From a virus, in the IMG/VR virus record IMGVR_UViG_3300042389_001478, positions 128,498 to 192,497 of that record: DNA of 64,000 nucleotides. One strand, given 5' to 3'. Positions within the stretch are counted from its first letter, which is position 1. Each line of letters starts with the position of its first letter. Positions 28,312 to 37,631 of this stretch are shown here, piece by piece. The position numbers were made by a program, and so were the translations under genes. Under the pieces are notes generated by a model, which was given only the letters and a program-made list of their open reading frames with translations, was not told the DNA's origin and searched no databases.

Positions 28312-29448
28312 TTATACTCCGAATATCGGGTTCTTATTTGAATGTATTTGGTTTGTTTTGCAGAACTGGCTGCACTTAGACATATTTTTGATTGAATTAG
28401 ATCCAACATAACAACAGCAAGACCGTATGCCTCCGAGTAGCTCTTGAATTATATCTTTAGTCAACCCTTTATATTTAACTGTAATTTTTGTTCCTTCAGA
28501 TGCTCTGTAATCTTTTTTGCCGTCTTCATATTGGTCTTGGGCGTGATGAGAACTCATTCCATAATATGTAAAATTAACTTTTCTAGTCTCGGTTTCATAT
28601 CCTGGGTTAAATGGTTGCCAAAATTCAGCTGCTATGCCAGCCTTTGCGCATTTATACTCTACTGTCCATTCTCCTTCACAAGAATCGGTCCCGGCAAAAA
28701 ATCCTCCCAGCATAATAAAGTCTGCTCCAGCACACATCGCCTTACATACGTCTCCACTATGCTTGTGTCCTCCGTCTGAGCAAATTAATCCTAATTTCTT
28801 ATCTCCATTTTGCAACCCGTGCGCTACATAAGAATTGTCTAAACAACAAGATAACTGGGGATATCCGCATCCAGTAATAAATCTTGTCATGCAAGCACTG
28901 CCTCCTCCAACTCCACACTTCACAATATCTACTCCTCCATATATAAGGAGTTCTTGGGTGGACGATGGATTCGTAACATTTCCTGCAATGATAATAGATT
29001 CTGGGAAATGATCCCTAATTTTTTTACAGTATCTAACAAACACATCCATGTGACCATTAGGAACATCAATACAAATGTTGGGTTGTATGCCAGTTTTTTG
29101 ATAAAATTCTAATAAGTGATTTATATCAGATTTTTTATATCCAATAGAAATCCAAACATAGTTTACAACGTTTGGGTTGGCTAGAAAATATGAAGATAAT
29201 TGCTCCACTGTGTGGTATTTATGGAGACATGTTATCATCTTATATTGACTCAAAGTAGTTGCCATATCAAATGAAGCGAAGCTCATATTTGCACAGATTA
29301 TAGGGATGCCAGACCAAATCCTTGGGCTGTGATAAAAGCTAAATGATCTTTCTAGATTTATCTCTGATCTGCTTGTTAGTGTGGATCTTTGGGGAACTAT
29401 TAAAACATCATCAAAATCTAGTTTGATATCATCAATTATTTTGTTCAT
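28312..29448 (-). CDS. guaC: GMP reductase
   Basis: LDFDDVLI, IDVPNGH, KCGVGGGSACMTR (catalytic Cys), SDGG, YYGMSS, ASEG. Confidence 0.92.
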   Translation of the reverse strand: MNKIIDDIKLDFDDVLIVPQRSTLTSRSEINLERSFSFYHSPRIWSGIPIICANMSFASFDMATTLSQYKMITCLHKYHTVEQLSSYFLANPNVVNYVWISIGYKKSDINHLLEFYQKTGIQPNICIDVPNGHMDVFVRYCKKIRDHFPESIIIAGNVTNPSSTQELLIYGGVDIVKCGVGGGSACMTRFITGCGYPQLSCCLDNSYVAHGLQNGDKKLGLICSDGGHKHSGDVCKAMCAGADFIMLGGFFAGTDSCEGEWTVEYKCAKAGIAAEFWQPFNPGYETETRKVNFTYYGMSSHHAQDQYEDGKKDYRASEGTKITVKYKGLTKDIIQELLGGIRSCCCYVGSNSIKNMSKCSQFCKTNQIHSNKNPIFGV

Positions 29449-29884
29449 TATTATCTATTTCTATTTTTTTCCTATCGTGAAAATAGTTTTTTCCATAGTC
29501 AACAAAGATTTCGCTTCCAGCTTTTATATCTCTATTAGCAATTACATCTGCAATTAAATTAGTAAAATCAAATTTCCAGGTAGTATTTGCGTCATCTTGA
29601 TGGTTATAAATCATACCATATCCAAGAACCATATGGAAAATAAATCCATGTGTTTTACATTCATTACAAGGACACATAGGCTGGCTATATAAAAACCGGT
29701 AAATCTGAGGATCGCTATGATATCTAGACCTAAAAGCTAGAGGCACCATTGGGCATCTCTCTACGATATCGCCTTCTTTGATATCTTGAACAGCAAAGAC
29801 TCCTCTTCCATGAATATCAGATTGTCCTAATTTAATTTTAGAATTTACTAAAAAATCTATATCTATTTGATTGTCGGTATCCAT
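29432..29884 (-). CDS. SET-domain lysine methyltransferase 1
   Basis: S.IHGRGVFA, GYGMIYNH, EIFVDYG; internal CPCNEC..H. Confidence 0.88.
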   Translation of the reverse strand: MDTDNQIDIDFLVNSKIKLGQSDIHGRGVFAVQDIKEGDIVERCPMVPLAFRSRYHSDPQIYRFLYSQPMCPCNECKTHGFIFHMVLGYGMIYNHQDDANTTWKFDFTNLIADVIANRDIKAGSEIFVDYGKNYFHDRKKIEIDNNEQNN

Positions 29885-29885
29885 A

Positions 29886-30359
29886 TTATTTTTCTAATTT
29901 AACTTGAGTTTGACCCGTTTCAACTTTGTCGTTGTTGAAGTAACAGTTTCCATAGCTTACAAAAATTTCTTGTCCAACCTGTATATCTTTAATAGCAATT
30001 ACATCACCAAGTAATTGAGTATAATTAAACTTCCACAATGCATTGGGATCATCCTGATGATTATACATCATACCATATCCTAGCGCCATATGAAATACGA
30101 ACCCATGCCTTTCGCACTCATCACACGGACACAGGGGTTGAGCATACATATAAGCATAAACCTGAGAATCTATTTGATATTTAGATCTATTAGCCATTTC
30201 AATCAAAGGACATCTCTCTATAATATCTCCTTTTTTAAAAGGCTTAAGAGCAAATACTCCTCTACCTTGTATGTCTGAATCTCCTAAAATGATATTACCA
30301 GCTGGTAAATAATCTAATTTCTTTGGGTCGTCTGGTCTAACGTAATGTTTTAAGCTCAT
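29886..30359 (-). CDS. SET-domain lysine methyltransferase 2
   Basis: S.IQGRGVFA, GYGMMYNH..PN, EIFVSYG; internal CPCDEC..H. Confidence 0.88.
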   Translation of the reverse strand: MSLKHYVRPDDPKKLDYLPAGNIILGDSDIQGRGVFALKPFKKGDIIERCPLIEMANRSKYQIDSQVYAYMYAQPLCPCDECERHGFVFHMALGYGMMYNHQDDPNALWKFNYTQLLGDVIAIKDIQVGQEIFVSYGNCYFNNDKVETGQTQVKLEK

Positions 30360-30556
30360 AGAGTATCTTTCAGGAATTCGTCTGTATCATAACAAGTTAA
30401 TTTTTTCTTCCAGCCAAGTTCACTTATGCATATTTTCAGACTAGTCACTAAGCCTCTTCCTTTATAGTGTTTTAATGTATCAATAATAGCAGTATGATGA
30501 TCTTTTCTATCTATAATATATTTAATTTGTCCTGATTGGACATAATATTTTGACAT
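30356..30556 (-). CDS. Hypothetical protein
   Basis: Small ORF overlapping the SET2 start. Confidence 0.55.
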   Translation of the reverse strand: MSKYYVQSGQIKYIIDRKDHHTAIIDTLKHYKGRGLVTSLKICISELGWKKKLTCYDTDEFLKDTL

Positions 30557-30560
30557 TATA

Positions 30561-31094
30561 TTATTCTATATTAAAAAAATACCATCTTTTGTGAGTATCT
30601 ATATTCTCTGAGGTGTCGATATGCAAAAGATAAGATTTAATTTCATCCCATGTAGAAAAAATCATTTGATGAGGAATAGTACCGAACAGCCAGTCCGGGG
30701 TTTGCTTTTTTCCTTGCACCATATGAACTAAAATAGGCTTCTTTTGTCTATTTGCCCAAAATATTTCTTCTAAAGTGCCGCACGGATGTACGGTAAGATC
30801 AAGATTTACAATAATAAAATCGCTTATATCTACTAATCTTAAGTCAACAGATCGTATTGACTTCATCATAGAAGATAACTCATCATAGTTTTCTTTTTCT
30901 TTAAGCTTTGATTTTATCTTATGGGAATCTTGATCCTCAAGTCCTATATTTGATGGTTTGCTGCTTGGATTGAATACTTCAACCCCTAGAGCATTCAAAA
31001 ATGGAGTGATACTATCTCTCCATGTACAACCTCTATCTGGAACTCTATCCATTGCTCCAGCAAGATAAACTCTTTGATTATGTAGTCTGTTCAT
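30561..31094 (-). CDS. Nucleoside 2-deoxyribosyltransferase-like N-glycosidase
   Basis: VYLAG, WR, D...VD.SD, GTLEE, KKPI motifs. Confidence 0.8.
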   Translation of the reverse strand: MNRLHNQRVYLAGAMDRVPDRGCTWRDSITPFLNALGVEVFNPSSKPSNIGLEDQDSHKIKSKLKEKENYDELSSMMKSIRSVDLRLVDISDFIIVNLDLTVHPCGTLEEIFWANRQKKPILVHMVQGKKQTPDWLFGTIPHQMIFSTWDEIKSYLLHIDTSENIDTHKRWYFFNIE

Positions 31095-31280
31095 TTAAAT
31101 CCCAGGAAACAAAAAATCTAAAAGGTTCTTGGACGATTTTACTGGATATGACGGAGCATATAACTCATTCAGGCCCCGTAAAACACCAAGGATTAAACAA
31201 ATCAAAAAAGCAAAGTAATACATATTATCTCCAAATTTATTGAAAGTATACAAACACATGAGAATCATACCAAATATCAT
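31095..31280 (-). CDS. Small membrane protein
   Basis: Hydrophobic segment; true start probably internal (MYYFAF). Confidence 0.45.
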   Translation of the reverse strand: MIFGMILMCLYTFNKFGDNMYYFAFLICLILGVLRGLNELYAPSYPVKSSKNLLDFLFPGI

Positions 31281-31806
31281 TTATTAAATCCGAAATGAAA
31301 TTCCAATTACCCCCAGCCAGTCCACTCCCGAATTTTGGGGCATGTATTTCTATTTTAGAATCATTTTGTACTTGGAACTCTTTAGCAAAAGTTCTCACTT
31401 GATTCATGCAATAGACTAATGCGGCATAATTTAGAGGTCTTTTGTTTTTTGAATTGAGTAGTTTATTTTGTGCGATCATGTTTGCAAATATGATGCTATG
31501 GCCATATTTTTTATCTGATCTGACTGTGATAAATTGAGTATGTCCAAGTTTCGCCTTTTGGCCCAGCAAGTGAAAATTGGCCTTAACCTCTGGATAAAAT
31601 TCAGCAACTTGTCCAGCGAATCCGGCGCCGAAGGCATTTATGTTGTTGCATACATGGGGAACGATGACCGTAGCTCCATTTTGTTCTGAGCGTATTCTAT
31701 GCACAATGTCTTCAAAAATATTCCTATTTTTCACTAGGGAGTATGCGTTTTCATTTTGGTGGACTGCTTTGGGTGTCATTTTAAATTCCTGTCTATTTTT
31801 TGCCAT
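31237..31806 (-). CDS. Macrodomain (ADP-ribose-processing) protein
   Basis: IVPHVCN...FGAGFA, NMIAQ, APKFGSGLAGGNW. Confidence 0.85.
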   Translation of the reverse strand: MAKNRQEFKMTPKAVHQNENAYSLVKNRNIFEDIVHRIRSEQNGATVIVPHVCNNINAFGAGFAGQVAEFYPEVKANFHLLGQKAKLGHTQFITVRSDKKYGHSIIFANMIAQNKLLNSKNKRPLNYAALVYCMNQVRTFAKEFQVQNDSKIEIHAPKFGSGLAGGNWNFISDLINDIWYDSHVFVYFQ

Positions 31807-32039
31807 TTATCCAAAGGACATTTCTGATCTGCCCAAGCTAATTTATTCATAAATATTTTCTTGGTGCTTAGATTGCAACCACAAGCCAAGCACTGACTAG
31901 ACTTATTATCGAACATATCGCAGTTTTGGCAAATGCCAAATCTAGTATTGATCTCCTCTTGTGTAGACTTAGGGAAACCAGCCCAAAAATGGAAAGCTAA
32001 AGACTTAAGAAATGTCCTGACCTTTCTCAACATATTCAT
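31776..32039 (-). CDS. Cys-rich small protein
   Basis: CQNC...CLACGC...CPLDKW. Confidence 0.65.
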   Translation of the reverse strand: MNMLRKVRTFLKSLAFHFWAGFPKSTQEEINTRFGICQNCDMFDNKSSQCLACGCNLSTKKIFMNKLAWADQKCPLDKWQKIDRNLK

Positions 32040-32268
32040 TCTTACGCTCCTTTAATGCTATTATATTAGCATCCTTATCCCTATAGTATAAATCTAGTAT
32101 TTCTACAATAGCATCCTCTAAAACCCAATTTACAAATCCTGTTTCTAAATTAATTGCCATTTTTTTTGATTTTTGATTTTTGTATTGTTTAAAATCAGCA
32201 GTCAATATAAATTTTTCATTATTTAGAACAAAAAGAGCACCGGGCTTCAGTTCTTCAAGATATTTCAT
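32005..32268 (-). CDS. Hypothetical protein
   Basis: ORF overlapping its neighbours. Confidence 0.55.
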   Translation of the reverse strand: MKYLEELKPGALFVLNNEKFILTADFKQYKNQKSKKMAINLETGFVNWVLEDAIVEILDLYYRDKDANIIALKERKNEYVEKGQDIS

Positions 32269-32443
32269 CTTCCCATTCTTCCCATAATTCTTGTTGCTCT
32301 ATTTCTTGTTTATTTTTTTTGAACTCTTTTTTTATTCTATTAGATCCCCTAGGGTCACTAAAGTCCTCATATCTATCAAGTCTCTTTTTCTCAATATTTT
32401 CTCTACGATTATTCTTACGTTTTTCAAAATCTGAATCGCTCAT
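32255..32443 (-). CDS. Small charged protein
   Basis: SD GAGGTG and sigma70 promoter upstream. Confidence 0.6.
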   Translation of the reverse strand: MSDSDFEKRKNNRRENIEKKRLDRYEDFSDPRGSNRIKKEFKKNKQEIEQQELWEEWEDEIS

Positions 32444-32464
32444 GTCTGTAACACCTCTTGCTAT

Positions 32465-32493
32465 ATTCTACAATCCTTCGGGTTCGATGTCAA
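32465..32493 (-). promoter_or_regulatory. sigma70-type promoter
   Basis: TTGACA-N17-TAGAAT. Confidence 0.85.
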
Positions 32494-32569
32494 GCGAGAC
32501 GGATTGAAATTTCTTACGCTTGACAGCACGGTTGATTTTTATTATGTCTTATGCATGGGGACAAGTATA

Positions 32570-33499
32570 CTATAGTACAGGTTTGATGATACCATATCCT
32601 TCATATTTTCTAATTCCAGCATACTTGCTATGATTTCCTAGTTTTTCAGTTCCCTTAGAAAAAACTTTAACATAGTCGTCTGAGGATTCTAGTCTATTGT
32701 CTATATTTGAAAATTTTTCTTTACGAGAATAAGACAATAATAAAGAGGCACAACCTACTGCAAATGGATTAGCCATGCTAGTCCCAGTCATTGAAGCATA
32801 TCTATTACCGGGAACTGAACTTATAATATTATATCCTGGAGCTAAAAAATCCAACTCTTCTCCACAGCAACTAAATTGACAAATATTTAAGTTTTCATCT
32901 ATCGCTCCAACACTAACAGTATCGCTATATTTTGCTGGATATTGTATGCCGGACTCAATACCGCTATTACCTGCTGCACAAAATATCGAAACATTTTTTC
33001 TTTTGGCGTATTGTATGGCTTGTTCTAGTTGTGTCCCAGGACTTGGAGATCCAAGAGACATTGCTAAAATATCCGCCCCATGATCAACTGCCCAAACTAT
33101 GCCATCAGAAACAGATTTATTGCTACCTGACCCATTGCCAGCCAAAACTTTTACTGGCATTATTTTTGTTTTTGGAGCTAATCCTACCATGCCAATACCA
33201 TTATTAATAGCTGCAATTGTGCCAGCGACATGTGTTCCGTGTCCATTATCGTCTTGTGGATCTTTACCTGGGTCTATGAAATTGTATCCATTAACTATGT
33301 TAGCTTTGATATCTTCGTGGTCAAGGTCACATCCAGTATCAATTACAGCTACGGTAACTCCTTCTCCTTCAGAATATTTCCAATATTTTTCTATGTTAAA
33401 TTTTTTAATTTGCCAACCGTAAAATTGCTCACTATTAGTTGATAATCCATAAAGATCTGTTCTAATATGTGGTAATAATTTAAATTCTTGTTTTTTCAT
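32570..33499 (-). CDS. Subtilisin-like (S8) serine protease
   Basis: VAVIDTG, HGTHVAG, GTSMANP triad; no signal or propeptide. Confidence 0.95.
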   Translation of the reverse strand: MKKQEFKLLPHIRTDLYGLSTNSEQFYGWQIKKFNIEKYWKYSEGEGVTVAVIDTGCDLDHEDIKANIVNGYNFIDPGKDPQDDNGHGTHVAGTIAAINNGIGMVGLAPKTKIMPVKVLAGNGSGSNKSVSDGIVWAVDHGADILAMSLGSPSPGTQLEQAIQYAKRKNVSIFCAAGNSGIESGIQYPAKYSDTVSVGAIDENLNICQFSCCGEELDFLAPGYNIISSVPGNRYASMTGTSMANPFAVGCASLLLSYSRKEKFSNIDNRLESSDDYVKVFSKGTEKLGNHSKYAGIRKYEGYGIIKPVL

Positions 33500-34254
33500 T
33501 TTTCAGTTGTACATTCTTTTATTGTTGTTTTAATCCATTTAACATATTTACTAACTCTAGTATGACAACTTTCATCGCCATATGTTGAATTTGGCTTGCC
33601 ATCCACGGCAACAACAGAAGAATGAATCCCGGCTAGTTTTCCGTCTATAAATAACCCACCCCCGCTGTCACCACTAGCAATTAAATATTCAAGCTCAGTT
33701 GATTTCTGATGTCTCTTGGATGGAGAACACATGAGTACGTTCCTCTCTATGCCATCTACGAAATTTGAACCGCCGCGCCTTTTATCATCCGAAAAAGTAT
33801 AGCCTACATCGAACGTGCCGGTAAATCCCCACCCCGCCATGCAGCATATTTTACCAACTTCATCGCTTGACTCATACAATGCTGGATAGAAATCGAACTT
33901 AAGCTCTTCTTCGCTATATCCTAAAGCAATATCATCATATCCAAAATTATCTGTTTTATAGTTAGGATTTAAAATTACTTTTGATAAATTATATTTTTTA
34001 TCTTGTACTGAAATTGTCCATGTTTGACAATTTTCTACAACATGTGCGGCTGTTACAATCCAATGAGGATCAATAACTACTGCCGACCCACAGGACAATC
34101 CTTTGCCGTCAAAACAACATATTTTTACGACATGATTAAACTTAGCTCCATACTCTAGGTATTTAGAGTCTGGGGTATTAGGATCGATTGTTCCGCCCCA
34201 TATATTTGTCATTATAGATAGACAAAGGACCATGAACATTATTAGTTGCTTCAT
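33496..34254 (-). CDS. Trypsin-like (S1) serine protease with signal peptide
   Basis: VTAAH, DDIAL, GDSGG triad. Confidence 0.93.
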   Translation of the reverse strand: MKQLIMFMVLCLSIMTNIWGGTIDPNTPDSKYLEYGAKFNHVVKICCFDGKGLSCGSAVVIDPHWIVTAAHVVENCQTWTISVQDKKYNLSKVILNPNYKTDNFGYDDIALGYSEEELKFDFYPALYESSDEVGKICCMAGWGFTGTFDVGYTFSDDKRRGGSNFVDGIERNVLMCSPSKRHQKSTELEYLIASGDSGGGLFIDGKLAGIHSSVVAVDGKPNSTYGDESCHTRVSKYVKWIKTTIKECTTEK

Positions 34255-34274
34255 GGTATACTCCTTTGCAAAAA

Positions 34275-34607
34275 CTATGGTCTATTTTTCACCCTATCTA
34301 AATACACCGAGCAATCTTCTATGACCATCTTATTATGGCTCTTAAAGTTCATAAGATGACCGAATATTAGATGACAAGGATCAGCACAAAGAGTTACTAA
34401 ATTTGAAGGGGCCAGCTCAAGTTCCGGACTAATATGAACTGGAACTTTATGATGAACTTCTAATTTTTTATCCCTTCCACATGCTATACAATATGGATTA
34501 TTTTTAAGATGTTCTTTTCTCACGTTCGTCCATTTCGGAGACCTAGAGGCGAATCTAATTTTTAAAAAGTTGAACATGACTATAAGACCTTGGCAGCTAT
34601 TAAACAA
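34275..34607 (-). CDS. Small HNH endonuclease
   Basis: CIAC...EVHH...NLVTLC..CH. Confidence 0.8.
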   Translation of the reverse strand: MFNSCQGLIVMFNFLKIRFASRSPKWTNVRKEHLKNNPYCIACGRDKKLEVHHKVPVHISPELELAPSNLVTLCADPCHLIFGHLMNFKSHNKMVIEDCSVYLDRVKNRP

Positions 34608-35581
34608 CCCTTTGCAACCGCATGTAGGGGGTCTGAGGCGTGTCTTATCTCTTTGATGGGGATGGGGAACCCATTCTCCTCCATCTTCTTTTTAAAGTTC
34701 TCTATATATCCTTTAGCTTGTGAAGTTCCTCCAGCAACCACGATGCTGATAGGATTCTTAAATTTTGGAAGAGACTTATGTCCAGTTAGTGCAGACGATA
34801 AATTTTTAGTGGTATAGTCAATTAATCTTTCATAGTATGCTGATACGGCAGCTAGTATTGGATTATCAACAGGTTCTCCTATTGTAAAATTACCACCCTC
34901 TTTCTCCACTTGGACAACACTATCTGGTTCACCTGTTGCTACAGCACTCATCCTATCAATCCAGTCGCCCGACTTTGTTGTAGAGAATAATACCGTTGGT
35001 TCACCATTAAGCATAACGCAAACATTGGTCATTCCAGCACCACAACTAACTCCGATACCAGTATAGTCATCGTTCTCTAATTCAGCATAACATAACGCCT
35101 CTGCTTCATTGATTGATTTTGCGCTATATCCACATTCTCCAAGAATAGTTTTAACAACATCCTCATGATATCCAACGTCAAAATCCTCATCTTCCTGATC
35201 AATCGGTTGTGCAGGAATACAAAATACTATCTTTTCTCCTGGTTCTGATGCTTGTCCAGCAACTTCTTTGAGAATAAATGCTAGGACTCTTTTTGCATCT
35301 TTTTCCTTGGCAGATACTACGCCTTTAAACATTGGTCTTTTTGCGGTATCATTTCGTTCTATTGCTTTTTCAATAGCGTCTTTACCTAAGATAATAAATG
35401 CCCCATCATTATCTTTGATAAAAACCTTTCCATTTAATCCTTTTTCTATCATCTTTGTAGCAACTGGTGTGGTTGGTTTAATAACGTAAAAGGCGTCTCT
35501 AAAGTCTTTATACTCTATGTTTCCTTTTTTTGAATCTCTACTTAATACAATAAAGCTTGTACCTACGTCTAAACCTACCAT
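34580..35581 (-). CDS. Actin-family ATPase (resembles the Salactin/MamK-type clade)
   Basis: Phosphate-1 GLDVGT, connect-1 INEAEA, phosphate-2 SCGAGMTN, adenosine VAGGTS, connect-2 DPLHAVAKG. Confidence 0.88.
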   Translation of the reverse strand: MVGLDVGTSFIVLSRDSKKGNIEYKDFRDAFYVIKPTTPVATKMIEKGLNGKVFIKDNDGAFIILGKDAIEKAIERNDTAKRPMFKGVVSAKEKDAKRVLAFILKEVAGQASEPGEKIVFCIPAQPIDQEDEDFDVGYHEDVVKTILGECGYSAKSINEAEALCYAELENDDYTGIGVSCGAGMTNVCVMLNGEPTVLFSTTKSGDWIDRMSAVATGEPDSVVQVEKEGGNFTIGEPVDNPILAAVSAYYERLIDYTTKNLSSALTGHKSLPKFKNPISIVVAGGTSQAKGYIENFKKKMEENGFPIPIKEIRHASDPLHAVAKGCLIAAKVL

Positions 35582-35598
35582 AATAATATCTCTCTTTC

Positions 35599-35910
35599 TT
35601 ATTTTTTCATGTTCTTAAGCTTACTAACAGAAGAAGATATGTTTTCATCGGAGTCCTTGATTTCTCCTAGCGTTGCATACTTCTTTTCCATGCCCTCTGT
35701 TGTTATGCTGGTCACAAATTTACTAGAATCTATTGAGATAGCCTGTTTAGTATCTTTATTAACAATAGATTGTAGCACCTTGCTTGGCTGACTACCTATA
35801 GATACACCAGACATAGACCTTAATTGGCCTAAAATATAGCCTAATATAAGACAGACTATATGAGATATAACGAATAAAGAGAGTAGTATTATATGAGCAT
35901 ATTCATTCAT
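35599..35910 (-). CDS. Single-pass membrane protein upstream of the actin gene
   Basis: N-terminal hydrophobic helix; C-terminal SSVSKLKNMKK basic helix. Confidence 0.65.
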   Translation of the reverse strand: MNEYAHIILLSLFVISHIVCLILGYILGQLRSMSGVSIGSQPSKVLQSIVNKDTKQAISIDSSKFVTSITTEGMEKKYATLGEIKDSDENISSSVSKLKNMKK

Positions 35911-36277
35911 TAGTATACCATTTGTGGAAGTCTTTGAAAGACATATACCCTTTTCGTCTTTTAATTTCTAAATTTTCTCTATATATTATAGAGTCGGGTA
36001 TCATCTTGACCATATACTCTTTAACTAAGTCTGGTCGTTTATCAAAGTCCACAAAACATATTATACTATTAAACTTATCAACATTTTCACGAATATCTCT
36101 TTTTAGCAGATTACACGATGGGCACCAACCCGCACCAAATACTATCAAAATATCTTGTTTAGTTTCTTGCGATAAGATAAAAGCGTCTTCTAAATTATCT
36201 ACAAAAACAGACTGAGCCACAGAAATTGACTGACTACTCAACATTAATAGACAAAAAGCATGGAGTATCCTAGACAT
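35903..36277 (-). CDS. Exported thioredoxin-like protein
   Basis: Signal-like N-terminus, WCPSC, MIP cis-Pro loop. Confidence 0.82.
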   Translation of the reverse strand: MSRILHAFCLLMLSSQSISVAQSVFVDNLEDAFILSQETKQDILIVFGAGWCPSCNLLKRDIRENVDKFNSIICFVDFDKRPDLVKEYMVKMIPDSIIYRENLEIKRRKGYMSFKDFHKWYTNE

Positions 36278-37175
36278 CTCCTATTACTCTTCCCTTTTGA
36301 GTTCTGGTAACATAACCCATTCTAACAAGATATGGCTCTATGCTATTCTCAATAGTTTCCATTGCTATTCCAGTTAATGAGGATATGCTCTTGAGTCCAA
36401 GAGGATTCATTCGGTTTTTCTTTAAGACCTCAAGATACATTCTATCATAAATATCAAGACCCTTATTGTCAATTCCTTGATTATCAAATATTTCATCAAT
36501 ACTTGGGGTTCTATCTTTATGGTAAGAGGTAAAGCTCTTATACCATTGAAGTCGTGCATTAAGAATTCTTGGAGTCCCCTTACTTCTTGCTGCAATCTCT
36601 TTAAGGTCATTTTCAGGAATTGTTAGTCCGATCTTTTCAGCATTCAACCTTGCTACTTTAGCTAAATCATCTACAGAATAGAACGAAAGATGTTCCTTGA
36701 TTGTGAATCTATCGTAAAAAGGTTGGCTTAAGCTTCCTCCGCTAGTAGTTGCTCCCACAACCGTAAACATCGGAAGATCAATAACTTCAGGCTTTTCTTC
36801 AACTACTGTACTTAAAACAAAATCCTCCATAACAGGATAAAGAAATTCTTCCACTATCTTTGGAAGTCTGTGAATTTCGTCGATAAACAAAACAGAACGA
36901 GGAGCTATACCCATCAAATATGGGAGTAGATTTTTAATACTGCGTACATTAGCCCCATTGACCACATACAGGTTTTCCCCCATCTCATTAGCTATGGCAC
37001 TCGCTATAGTGGTCTTTCCAAGTCCCGGTGGGCCATCTATTAAAGTATGAGGCATCACGCTGGCTGAGTTTTTACAGCCTGACACAATGATGTTCAAACG
37101 CTCTACAACAGAGGCTTGTCCAATGATATCGTCAAATCGAGAAGGTCTAGAAGCATTAGCCATAATTTTCTCCAA
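36270..37175 (-). CDS. ruvB: Holliday junction branch migration ATPase RuvB
   Basis: RP..FDDIIGQ, GPPGLGKT, FIDEIH, GATT, RSKGTPR, IEPYL, RT.KGR. Confidence 0.95.
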   Translation of the reverse strand: MEKIMANASRPSRFDDIIGQASVVERLNIIVSGCKNSASVMPHTLIDGPPGLGKTTIASAIANEMGENLYVVNGANVRSIKNLLPYLMGIAPRSVLFIDEIHRLPKIVEEFLYPVMEDFVLSTVVEEKPEVIDLPMFTVVGATTSGGSLSQPFYDRFTIKEHLSFYSVDDLAKVARLNAEKIGLTIPENDLKEIAARSKGTPRILNARLQWYKSFTSYHKDRTPSIDEIFDNQGIDNKGLDIYDRMYLEVLKKNRMNPLGLKSISSLTGIAMETIENSIEPYLVRMGYVTRTQKGRVIGDV

Positions 37176-37208
37176 AAAAAATAAATTCCAAAATTAGTAA
37201 CAAATAAT

Positions 37209-37631
37209 TTAGTCGGTTTCTCTATTCTCTGTTTCGTCTTTAATCCAGAACACAAAATCATTACTATCAGCATCATATGCTGTTTCGAGAAGTCCCCTAT
37301 TTACTAAATGATTAAGCATATTACTGATCATTCTGCTGTTGAAAGACTCTATCATCTCCATATATTTTGTATTGCTTATAATATTTCTGATTCTTTTGGT
37401 TTTCCTGTTGTGTTCTTGTTTGATGAAGTCTTTTGCTATGATCATACATTCTTCTTGGGATAAAGAATCATTAAGCTCATCGACTTCATTCTTAGGCAGG
37501 TCTGCTAACAGAAAAGAGAGATCATCTAATTCTGTTTCATTCGTTTTGCCAAAGCTATTGAACACAAGGACTCTTGTTGATTCTATAAATTTACTAACAT
37601 CATCAACTATAAACCACTCTGATTTACTCAC
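37209..37631 (-). CDS. Hypothetical protein (paralog of 57426..57794)
   Basis: Shared C-terminal motif G.LE.AYDADSNDFVFW. Confidence 0.65.
   Translation of the reverse strand: MSKSEWFIVDDVSKFIESTRVLVFNSFGKTNETELDDLSFLLADLPKNEVDELNDSLSQEECMIIAKDFIKQEHNRKTKRIRNIISNTKYMEMIESFNSRMISNMLNHLVNRGLLETAYDADSNDFVFWIKDETENRETD

Noticed and set aside
32488-32548. Inverted repeat TGTCAAGCG/CGCTTGACA giving back-to-back -35 boxes and a possible antisense promoter towards the S8 gene
   Set aside because: The plus-strand -10 at 17 nt reads TATGTC, lacking the invariant final T, and no plus-strand gene follows; too weak without TSS data.
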